Below are positions 56,295 through 64,000 of a stretch of DNA of 64,000 nt, piece by piece. The stretch is taken from positions 4,428-68,427 of the forward strand of contig JAUXWT010000035.1 in assembly GCA_030681475.1 (NCBI GenBank). The letters run 5' to 3'. Source of the stretch: Bacteroidales bacterium. Lineage in GTDB: Bacteria > Bacteroidota > Bacteroidia > Bacteroidales > FEN-979. How positions within the stretch are numbered: the stretch's first letter is position 1; each line of letters opens with the position of its first letter. The notes below the pieces were generated by a model. The model ran no database searches and was not told where the DNA came from. It was given only the letters and a program-made list of their open reading frames with translations. A program made the translations under genes and the position numbers.

Positions 56295-56553
56295 ACAATG
56301 ATTCGCAGCACACAGATAGTATTATCCAAAACTGGATATGCAATAGGAATACCATTGAATTATTAGGCTTTTGGAAAAGCATCTACAACAATAATTTTAT
56401 GAGGGTGTCTCAAAAGATGAAAAGTATAACCACAAAGGACTCAAAGTTTTTACACGAAGGACACAAAGATCAGATATTCAGTAGTGTACACTTTGCAAAC
56501 TCTGCGAGACACTTAGCGAACTTTGCGGTTAAAGGACTTTTTTAATCTCATAG

Positions 56554-56643
56554 TAAAATGCAAAATGCAATATGCAAATGGTAAGATGCAATATATGGAA
56601 ACCCGTCCCCCCGTCCTCTCGTCCCCCCGTCCCCCCGTCCACT
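56554..56643. repeat. Composite array B: seven 7-mers (AAAATGC family) followed by five 8-mers (CGTCCCCC family)
   Basis: Direct read. Shares a 32-nt identical core with array A and has one extra 7-mer (AATATGC). Confidence 0.9.
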
Positions 56644-56667
56644 AATAATGCCTAAGCCCAACAACCC

Positions 56668-57648
56668 ATGCCACATATAACCAGAATCGGTGTAATGACC
56701 TCCGGCGGAGATTCGCCGGGAATGAATGCCGCCATCAGGGCGGTAGTGCGTACAGCAATTTTTAGCGGGCTTGATGTTTTCGGCATCTTCCGGGGCTATG
56801 AAGGGCTGATCGATAACCAGATCGAACAGATGTACAGCCACTCTGTGTCGAACATTATCCAGCGGGGGGGCACAATCCTGAAAACCGCGCGTAGCAAAAG
56901 ATTCCTGGAGTACGACGGAAGACTTAAGGCGTACAACAATCTCAGGGAGAACAAAATTGACGCGCTGGTGGCCATTGGCGGAAACGGTACTTTTACCGGG
57001 GCGGCCATTTTTGATAACGAGTTTGATTTTCCGGTCATTGGGTTGCCCGGCACCATCGACAACGATCTTTATGGGACCGATGCAACCATTGGGTACGACA
57101 CCGCTTTAAATACTGTTGTTGAAGCCGCCGATAAGATCCGTGATACAGCTTCGTCGCATGACCGTCTGTTTTTTATCGAAGTGATGGGGCGCGATGCAGG
57201 ATTCATTGCCTTGCGCAGCGGTATTTCATGTGGCGCAGAGTTTATCCTTGTTCCCGAAACCATCACCTACATCGATAATATTACCAGGTTGCTCAAACAC
57301 GATTGGCGCAAAAGCAAAACTTCCGGAATCGTTATTGTGGCGGAGGGAGATGATATGGGTGGCGCATACGATATTGCCCGGATGGTGAAGGAAAAACTGC
57401 CGCATATTGAAACCCGTGTTACCATTCTTGGTCATATTCAACGCGGAGGCTCTCCAACCTCGTTCGACAGGGTGCTGGCGAGTTCCCTGGGATATTATGC
57501 CGTGAATGGGTTATTGGAAGGACATCGCGGTGAAATGGCCGGAATTATAAATAAGGAGGTGGTCTATACTCCTTTTGATCAGGCCATTAAACACCATAAA
57601 GATATCAACAAGGAATTGCTGGAAATGTCCCGCATCCTTGCTTTGTAA
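56668..57648 (+). CDS. pfkA: ATP-dependent 6-phosphofructokinase
   Basis: SGGDSPGMNAAIR, GLPGTIDND and MGRDAG motifs. 326 aa. Confidence 0.92.
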   Translation: MPHITRIGVMTSGGDSPGMNAAIRAVVRTAIFSGLDVFGIFRGYEGLIDNQIEQMYSHSVSNIIQRGGTILKTARSKRFLEYDGRLKAYNNLRENKIDALVAIGGNGTFTGAAIFDNEFDFPVIGLPGTIDNDLYGTDATIGYDTALNTVVEAADKIRDTASSHDRLFFIEVMGRDAGFIALRSGISCGAEFILVPETITYIDNITRLLKHDWRKSKTSGIVIVAEGDDMGGAYDIARMVKEKLPHIETRVTILGHIQRGGSPTSFDRVLASSLGYYAVNGLLEGHRGEMAGIINKEVVYTPFDQAIKHHKDINKELLEMSRILAL

Positions 57649-57667
57649 AACATTAACGGATCATTTA

Positions 57668-60169
57668 TTGGAACGAACCACCCTGTTTGCCGATGTTTTA
57701 TTGCCCCTCCCGGTTGGAGGAACATTCACGTATCGTGTTCCATTTGAACTGAATGAGCAGGTTCAGGAGGGCATACGCGTGGTGGTGCAATTCGGGGCGA
57801 GGAAAATATATACTGCACTGGTCATCAAGGTACATGAACATCCACCAACTGCCCATATCCCGAAGTATATTCTCTCGATTCTTGATGAAACTCCCATTGT
57901 TACTCATGTACAACGTGCTTTCTGGGATTGGCTGGCCGGTTATTATCTTTGTCACCCGGGAGAGGTGATGAACGCGGCCCTGCCATCGGCCTTCAAACTG
58001 GCAAGCGAATCAAAAATATCCTTAAGCGCGGTACTACCGGACGATCTTTCTGGACTGACCGAGAAAGAATTGCTACTGGTTGAAGCGTTGCACAACCGCA
58101 AAAGCATAGCCATTTCTGAGGTCGCTAAAATAATAGACCAGCAAAAGACCATCCCGGTCATTAAAACCCTTATCGAAAAAGGGATCATTGTTCCCGAAGA
58201 AGAACTCAATGACCCTTATAAGCCAAAACGTGAAGCATTTGTGAGGTTTATGCCTGAATATGCCGAAGACGAAGAAGCCCTGAAGGTGATATTCGATCAA
58301 CTGGAGAAGCGGGCTAAAAAACAGCTCGCGATTGTCATAACGTTCATCCGGATTTCGGAGTATGGATTTGGCGAGGTAAAGGATGTAAAACGCCACGATC
58401 TTATTAATAAATCGAAGGGTACTTCTGCTCAGCTTGATATCCTCGTTGGCAAGGGGGTGTTTGAGATTTATTATAAACTCGTGAGCAGGTTTGAAACGGC
58501 CGGACAGGAGATGGACTCCGAACAAATTGAACTTACAGCGGGGCAGCAGCAGGCATTGGAGAAAATCCGGAAGGAGTTTGAGACCAAAGATGTCGTGTTG
58601 TTGCATGGGGTTACTTCCAGCGGAAAGACTGAGTTGTATATTAAACTAATCCGTGATGTCATAGACCAGGGAAAACAAGCGCTGTTCATGTTGCCCGAAA
58701 TAGCGCTTACAACTCAGATAATCACACGGCTGCGAAAATATTTTGGCGACAGGGTAGGGGTGTATCATTCGCGGTTCAACATGCATGAACGGGTAGAGAT
58801 CTGGAATGCAGTTCTTCACAGAGCCAATACCGGGCAAATTGCCGAAAAGCAATATGATATCATTCTTGGAGCACGATCTTCGCTGTTTTTACCATTTTCA
58901 AATTTGGGATTGGTCGTCGTAGATGAGGAGCATGATCCCTCTTTCAAACAGATGGATCCGGCCCCGCGTTACAGCGGGCGAGATGCTGCCATCTACTTAG
59001 CGCACCTTCATGGCGCAAAAACATTGCTGGGCTCTGCCACCCCTTCGGTTGAAAGCTACAGTAACGCGATGCAGGGGAAATATGCGCTGATAGAACTTTT
59101 TGAACGGTTCGGAAATATGGAAATGCCGCAAATCCAGATCGTTAACGTTAAGGAATCGCTGCGTCTCGGCTTGATGAAAAGTCATTTTTCTTCAGTGTTG
59201 CTGAAATTGATCGAAACAGCGCTTGGAAATGGGGAACAAGCCATACTTTTCCAAAACCGGCGGGGATTTTCCCTTCGCCTGGAATGTGACCTGTGCCATT
59301 GGATGCCTGCATGTAAAAACTGTGACGTAACGCTCGTATATCATAAGAAAATCAATCAGTTGCGTTGTCATTATTGTGGTTATGTGTCGCGGATCCCTGA
59401 TAAATGTCCTGAATGCACCGGTGTAAATATAAAAATGAAAGGGTTTGGCACCGAAAAAGTGGAGGAGGAACTTGGACTTATCTTTCCCAAAGCCCGGATT
59501 GCACGCATGGATCTTGATACTACACGAACCAAACATTCGCTTCAGCATTTGATCGGCGATTTTGAGGCTCGTAAAATAGATATTCTGGTAGGTACACAAA
59601 TGGTGACCAAAGGACTTGATTTTGACAATGTCAGCCTGGTCTGCATTCTGAATGCCGATAATATGCTGAGCTATCCGGATTTCAGGGCAGCCGAACGCGG
59701 TTTCCAGCTCATGGCGCAGGTGAGCGGACGTTCGGGGCGTAAATACAAACAAGGGAGGGTAATCATTCAGACCTATAATCCCAATCATCCTGTGATCATA
59801 GATGTGGTAAAAAATGATTACCTGGCGATGTTTAAAAAACAAATGGCTGAGCGACACAAATTCAAGTATCCTCCATATACACGATTGGTACTTTTAAAGT
59901 TGAAGCATAAAGATCCTGAGTTTCTGAACATGGCGGCAGATAAGCTGGCAAAGTCGCTCCGCAAAGTTTTCGGAAAACGGATCCTTGGTCCTGAATTCCC
60001 TATCGTATCAAGGATCATGAACTATTTTATCAAGCATATCATTTTCAAGATGGAACGAGGGGTTTCACCAAGTGCAATGAAGGAAAGAATGGTCATGGAA
60101 ATTGAGAAGTTGCAGCGTGAACAAATGCTAAAGCAGGTAAAAGTCATTATTGATGTTGATCCGCAGTAG
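57668..60169 (+). CDS. priA: Primosomal protein N' (replication restart helicase)
   Basis: Walker A GVTSSGKTE, DEEH box, and Cys-rich zinc region CDLCHW...CKNC...CHYCG...CPEC. I prefer the TTG start at 57668 because the ORF-track ATG at 57575 overlaps pfkA by 74 nt. Confidence 0.88.
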   Translation: MERTTLFADVLLPLPVGGTFTYRVPFELNEQVQEGIRVVVQFGARKIYTALVIKVHEHPPTAHIPKYILSILDETPIVTHVQRAFWDWLAGYYLCHPGEVMNAALPSAFKLASESKISLSAVLPDDLSGLTEKELLLVEALHNRKSIAISEVAKIIDQQKTIPVIKTLIEKGIIVPEEELNDPYKPKREAFVRFMPEYAEDEEALKVIFDQLEKRAKKQLAIVITFIRISEYGFGEVKDVKRHDLINKSKGTSAQLDILVGKGVFEIYYKLVSRFETAGQEMDSEQIELTAGQQQALEKIRKEFETKDVVLLHGVTSSGKTELYIKLIRDVIDQGKQALFMLPEIALTTQIITRLRKYFGDRVGVYHSRFNMHERVEIWNAVLHRANTGQIAEKQYDIILGARSSLFLPFSNLGLVVVDEEHDPSFKQMDPAPRYSGRDAAIYLAHLHGAKTLLGSATPSVESYSNAMQGKYALIELFERFGNMEMPQIQIVNVKESLRLGLMKSHFSSVLLKLIETALGNGEQAILFQNRRGFSLRLECDLCHWMPACKNCDVTLVYHKKINQLRCHYCGYVSRIPDKCPECTGVNIKMKGFGTEKVEEELGLIFPKARIARMDLDTTRTKHSLQHLIGDFEARKIDILVGTQMVTKGLDFDNVSLVCILNADNMLSYPDFRAAERGFQLMAQVSGRSGRKYKQGRVIIQTYNPNHPVIIDVVKNDYLAMFKKQMAERHKFKYPPYTRLVLLKLKHKDPEFLNMAADKLAKSLRKVFGKRILGPEFPIVSRIMNYFIKHIIFKMERGVSPSAMKERMVMEIEKLQREQMLKQVKVIIDVDPQ

Positions 60170-60461
60170 TATCAATGACCAAGAAAAGGTCTTCTTTCTC
60201 CTTTTTCATAAGGTACCGTTCGCGGGCAAACTTCTCCAGATGAGCGCTGTCGGTCATTAACTGGCGGGTAAGGATAGAGTCCTTCCTGATCTCCTGGAGA
60301 TAGAATCGTTTTTCAGTGTTCAATTGATCTAATTTGTTTTGTAAATCGTTACGGATCAACATGTTGTTGCTGTCAAAAAACACCATCCATATCACAAATG
60401 CCACCGTTGTCAGGAAGAACTTGTTGATGAGTATCCGAAAGATCAGCCTTAGAACAGCCAT
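60147..60461 (-). CDS. Septum formation initiator (FtsB/DivIC-like) protein
   Basis: 104 aa with a single N-terminal TM helix followed by a coiled-coil (LQNKLDQLNTEKRFYLQEI). Confidence 0.55.
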   Translation of the reverse strand: MAVLRLIFRILINKFFLTTVAFVIWMVFFDSNNMLIRNDLQNKLDQLNTEKRFYLQEIRKDSILTRQLMTDSAHLEKFARERYLMKKEKEDLFLVIDTTADQHQ

Positions 60462-60466
60462 TGATT

Positions 60467-62521
60467 TTACACCTGTAATTTTAAATAGTTGTATATCTCA
60501 ACCTGGGATTGTATATCCGGACCGTTGATTTTTTTATATGTGTTTTGTTCTCCGGGACCAATCACCCTGGCTTTGACATTATCTGCCATTTGAATTTCAA
60601 GTATTTTCATCAGTTGCTTCTGGATTTCCGGATCATTGATGGGTGTTGCGACCTCGATGCGGTTATCAAAATTACGTACCATCCAGTCGGCCGATGTGAT
60701 GTAAAATTTATTGTCACCACCATTGCAGAAAACAATGATCCGGGCATGTTCCAGGAACCGGTCAACAATACTGATTGCTTCAATGTTTTCACTCAGACCG
60801 GGGATTCCCGGAACGAGTGTACAGATCCCCCTGATAATGAGTTTGATTTTCACCCCGGCCTGACTGGCTTTATAAAGTTTTTTCACCATGGTTCCATCAA
60901 CGAGGCTGTTCAGTTTGATGATGGCCCATGCCTCCTTTCCTGCTTTTGCGTTGCGAATCTCACTGTTCAACATCCTGATATAGAAATTGCGCATGTGAAG
61001 GGGAGCCACGATCAGCGATTTAAACTTATAGGGACGGTAGCTCTCTTCGATGAGGTGAAATGAGTTTACCACATCGTTACAGATCTTTTGATCGGCTGTG
61101 AGTAAGCTGACATCGGAATAAACTTTGGCTGTATCCTCGTTGAAATTCCCGGTTCCGATAAACGCATAGAAGAAATCCCTGTTGTGCTCTTTTCTGCGTA
61201 TCAGGATCAGTTTGCCGTGAACCTTGAACCCGGGGATGCTGTATATGACCTTCACTCCCTCTTCACGCAGCTTTTCAGTCCAGTAAATGTTTGCCTCTTC
61301 ATCAAACCTTGCCTGTAGTTCCATGAAAACCGTCACATATTTGCCATTCCTGGCAGCGTTGATCAGCGCATTGATGACACTGGAGTTTTTTGCCGCCCTG
61401 TAAATGGTCATTTTTATTGACCTGACTTTCGGATCAATGGAGGCTTCGCGCATCAGGTCAACGATGTATTGAAACGATTGGTATGGATAATGAAGCAGGA
61501 TATCTTTCTGCCTTATTGACGAAAGGATGCTCCTGTTCACCGGCAAATCTTTGTGCATCAATGGTACAAATGGCGGGTACTCAAGTTCACGGTGGCCGAG
61601 GTTTGGAAATCCCATGAAATCCTTAAAATTATGATACCGCCCCCCACCTCTGATCGGATCGTCTTTGGTGATCTCCAGGCGTTTGGTGAGGCTCTTCAAT
61701 AAAATTTCAGGAATCGACTTGTCATAAACAAAGCGTACGGGTATCCCACGTTTCCTTTGTTTCAGGCTCTCGGTCATCACATCGAGGAAACTCTTGGAGA
61801 CATCTGTATCTATGTCAATTTCAGCATCACGGGTAATCTTTACCGTATAAGCGGAAAACGTGTCGTATCCGAAAATGGAGAATATTTCGGAAAGACAGTA
61901 CCTGATGATGTCGTCGAGCAGGATGATGTAACGTTTCTCCGCTTCGGTCGGCAAGATCAGGAAACGAGATATGGTCTTCGTAGGCAGTTCGATCAGCGCG
62001 TAGTTGTCCTTCAACGTTTTATCTTTACGCCCGATGGTGATGGCCAGATATATTGATTTGTCGCGGAGTGATGAGATGTCGCGTAAACTGCTGATCATAA
62101 TTGGGAATAAGACACCACGCACCTGCTCCCGGAAATATTTACGTACGAATTTTCCCTGAGATTCCGAAAGCTGGGTTTCATCGATAATGAATATATTATG
62201 AAGCCGGAGATCATTCACTATATTTTCATAGATCTTCACGAATTCACGTTCTTGTGCCTGTACCAGTATGCTGATATCTTTCAGCGCTTTTTTTGGCTTA
62301 ACCGGGGTATCGTAATGGACCCTTTCCACTTTAAGCATCCGGTTGAGTGTGGCTACCCGGACACGAAAAAATTCGTCACGGTTGTTTGAGAATATCCCCA
62401 GGAATTTCAACCGCTCCAACAGCGGATTGCGCTGATCGGCTGCTTCCTGCAATACCCGTCCGTTGAAATGGAGCCAGTTGGGATCGCGGTCGAGGATGGG
62501 GACAGTCTTTTTGGAACTCAT
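60467..62521 (-). CDS. ppk: Polyphosphate kinase 1
   Basis: NRDEFFRVR, the HGK (His phosphorylation site) region KVHGKLILI, and two PLD-like modules. The start at 62521 forms an ATGA overlap with the sixA-like stop. Confidence 0.9.
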   Translation of the reverse strand: MSSKKTVPILDRDPNWLHFNGRVLQEAADQRNPLLERLKFLGIFSNNRDEFFRVRVATLNRMLKVERVHYDTPVKPKKALKDISILVQAQEREFVKIYENIVNDLRLHNIFIIDETQLSESQGKFVRKYFREQVRGVLFPIMISSLRDISSLRDKSIYLAITIGRKDKTLKDNYALIELPTKTISRFLILPTEAEKRYIILLDDIIRYCLSEIFSIFGYDTFSAYTVKITRDAEIDIDTDVSKSFLDVMTESLKQRKRGIPVRFVYDKSIPEILLKSLTKRLEITKDDPIRGGGRYHNFKDFMGFPNLGHRELEYPPFVPLMHKDLPVNRSILSSIRQKDILLHYPYQSFQYIVDLMREASIDPKVRSIKMTIYRAAKNSSVINALINAARNGKYVTVFMELQARFDEEANIYWTEKLREEGVKVIYSIPGFKVHGKLILIRRKEHNRDFFYAFIGTGNFNEDTAKVYSDVSLLTADQKICNDVVNSFHLIEESYRPYKFKSLIVAPLHMRNFYIRMLNSEIRNAKAGKEAWAIIKLNSLVDGTMVKKLYKASQAGVKIKLIIRGICTLVPGIPGLSENIEAISIVDRFLEHARIIVFCNGGDNKFYITSADWMVRNFDNRIEVATPINDPEIQKQLMKILEIQMADNVKARVIGPGEQNTYKKINGPDIQSQVEIYNYLKLQV

Positions 62522-63018
62522 GGATTCTTCAACATTTTTGGAAATACGATAAACTCCTGGATTGCCTCTATTGACGGGATATCTTCCCACTTTTCGGTGT
62601 TGAATGACAGGCAAACAACACAGGAGGTGGGCATGTTATCAATCCCGGGATGTAAAAACAGGTTTGCCAGGTTTGTGATGGTCGGATTATGACCGAATAT
62701 CATCAGGGAGTTCAGATCGTTGGATGTACCGTAGATAATGTCGAGGATACGGTCATAATAACCATCGTATATTTTTCGATCAGTTTTGATCTTCTTTACC
62801 GGGTAGTTCAAACCTGTGGCGACTATTTTGGCAGTCTCGTATGCGCGAACTGCCGGACTCGAAATAATAAGGTCAATCGATGTATCCCTTTTCAGAAGAA
62901 AATCAACGATCAACTGAGTCTTTTTGATGCCTCTGGGGATCAGTGGCCGGTTGACATCCGAAACTCCCGGTTCCTCCCAGGAGGATTTTGCATGTCGCAT
63001 CAGGTATAATGTCTTCAT
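62518..63018 (-). CDS. Histidine phosphatase family protein (SixA-like)
   Basis: LYLMRHAKS catalytic RHG-type motif. 166 aa. Confidence 0.7.
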   Translation of the reverse strand: MKTLYLMRHAKSSWEEPGVSDVNRPLIPRGIKKTQLIVDFLLKRDTSIDLIISSPAVRAYETAKIVATGLNYPVKKIKTDRKIYDGYYDRILDIIYGTSNDLNSLMIFGHNPTITNLANLFLHPGIDNMPTSCVVCLSFNTEKWEDIPSIEAIQEFIVFPKMLKNP

Positions 63019-63032
63019 ATCAAAGAAATTGA

Positions 63033-63097
63033 GTGATTGAGTGATTGAGTGATTGAGTGAATATCTTCATCACTCAATCACTCAATCACTCAATCAC
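63033..63097 (-). terminator. Perfect 28-bp hairpin built from GAGTGATT 8-mers (possible glyA terminator/attenuator)
   Basis: 63033-63060 pairs perfectly with 63070-63097, with a 9-nt loop ATATCTTCA. Starts 3 nt after the glyA stop. A TTTCTTT run follows on the minus strand. Confidence 0.55.
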
Positions 63098-63100
63098 AAT

Positions 63101-64000
63101 TTAGTATGCAAACAACGGAAATTCCGCCATCATTTCATTCACTTTTGTACGCACTTTGACCATTTTGGCTTCGTTTTCGATGTCGCTGATGACTTCATCA
63201 ACAAGACTAACGATCTTTGCCATATGTTTTTCCTTTAATCCACGGGTTGTAATGGCAGGCGTACCCACCCGCAACCCTGAAGTTTGGAACGGAGACCGGC
63301 TGTCGAACGGAACCATGTTTTTATTTACCGTGATATCTGCTTTTACAAGGGTATTTTCTACTTGTTTCCCGGTGATGCCGGGGAACTTTGTCCGCAAATC
63401 AATGAGCATCAGGTGATTGTCGGTTCCACCCGAAATAACATGATAACCTTTGTCGGTGAACGCATTTGCCATGGCATTCGCATTTTTCTTGACCTGCAGC
63501 ACATAATCCATATAGCCGTCCGACAGGGCTTCGAAAAACGAAACAGCCTTGGCAGCGATCACATGTTCCAGCGGTCCGCCCTGGATTCCGGGGAATACAG
63601 CCGAGTCAAGCAGTTGCGACATCATTTTGATCTCTCCTTTAGGGGTGGTGAGTTTCCAGGGATTTTCAAAGTCCTTGCCCATCAGGATCATCCCACCACG
63701 CGGCCCACGCAGGGTTTTGTGTGTCGTGGTGGTCACGATATGACAATAGGGGACAGGGTCGTTGAGCAGACCGCGGGCGATCAGCCCGGCCGGGTGGGCA
63801 ATGTCGGCGAGCAGTAGGGCGCCAATTTGATCGGCAATGCTTCGCATCCGTTTGTAATCCCAGTCACGCGAGTAGGCGGATGCTCCGGCAATGATCAGTT
63901 TTGGTTTGATGGCCAGCGCCTTCTCCTCCATTTTGTCATAATTGATCATGCCTGTTTCCTGCTCCACCTCGTAGGCAACCGCCTTATATAATATGCCCGA
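63101..64000 (-). CDS. glyA: Serine hydroxymethyltransferase (N-terminal part outside the window)
   Basis: Frame stays open to nt 64000. [14 protein letters not shown] (PLP lysine region) and [15 protein letters not shown]. Confidence 0.92.
   Translation of the reverse strand, partial: SGILYKAVAYEVEQETGMINYDKMEEKALAIKPKLIIAGASAYSRDWDYKRMRSIADQIGALLLADIAHPAGLIARGLLNDPVPYCHIVTTTTHKTLRGPRGGMILMGKDFENPWKLTTPKGEIKMMSQLLDSAVFPGIQGGPLEHVIAAKAVSFFEALSDGYMDYVLQVKKNANAMANAFTDKGYHVISGGTDNHLMLIDLRTKFPGITGKQVENTLVKADITVNKNMVPFDSRSPFQTSGLRVGTPAITTRGLKEKHMAKIVSLVDEVISDIENEAKMVKVRTKVNEMMAEFPLFAY

Noticed and set aside
56215-56643. Insertion sequence or MITE bounded by the two composite arrays
   Set aside because: There is no transposase ORF and no terminal inverted repeats. 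The bounding repeats are direct and are themselves microsatellite arrays. I kept it as a finding but do not call it a mobile element.
56231-56841. ORFs 56231..56545 (+) and 56548..56841 (-) in the long spacer before pfkA
   Set aside because: They start or end inside the composite arrays. The second runs antisense into pfkA. Neither has a family motif or a signal peptide. I treat the region as non-coding.
57575-57667. ORF-track ATG start of priA at 57575
   Set aside because: It would overlap the last 74 nt of pfkA and add a non-conserved-looking 31-aa extension. The TTG at 57668 gives the usual PriA N-terminus (ERTTLFADVLLPLP) and a 19-nt gap.
62522-62614. ORF-track start of ppk1 at 62614
   Set aside because: The extension overlaps the SixA-like gene by 97 nt. 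The ATG at 62521 gives an ATGA stop/start overlap and a normal PPK1 N-terminus (MSSKKTVPILDRD...).

Overview
This 64-kb window looks like a chromosomal segment of a Bacteroidota-type genome. The evidence is five proteins with T9SS C-terminal sorting domains, a PorP/SprF gene, recurrent TAnnTTTG -7 promoter boxes, and almost no Shine-Dalgarno sequences. I call 47 protein-coding genes. Two are truncated by the window edges: a TonB-dependent receptor at the 5' end and glyA at the 3' end.

Most of the content is housekeeping: rocD, arginine deiminase, mnmA, cdd, yidD-rnpA, panB, dnaK, icd, pfkA, priA, ppk1-sixA, glyA, and several secreted peptidases. Two regions stand out.

(1) A T9SS cargo region spans about 26-42 kb. 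It ends in a 2723-aa protein with 27 PKD-like repeats and a type-B sorting domain, followed by its PorP/SprF partner.

(2) A minus-strand respiratory supercluster spans 43.3-52.3 kb. A three-gene NrfC-like Fe-S / NrfD-like / monoheme cytochrome c module, much smaller than canonical alternative complex III, sits directly upstream of DoxX, SCO, and caa3-type oxidase genes in the unusual order I-III-IV-II, followed by heme O synthase.

I found no rRNA, tRNA, CRISPR array, transposase, integrase or recognisable defence gene.

The most unusual signal is non-coding. At least ten intergenic spacers are built largely from short-period (7, 8 or 9 nt) tandem arrays that belong to a few recurring unit families. 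These include a 13-unit array that forms a G-quadruplex motif inside the cox operon, a perfect 28-bp palindrome built from 8-mers, and two composite arrays flanking a 0.3-kb non-coding block.

All product calls rest on motif and family recognition by eye. No database search or HMM was run.
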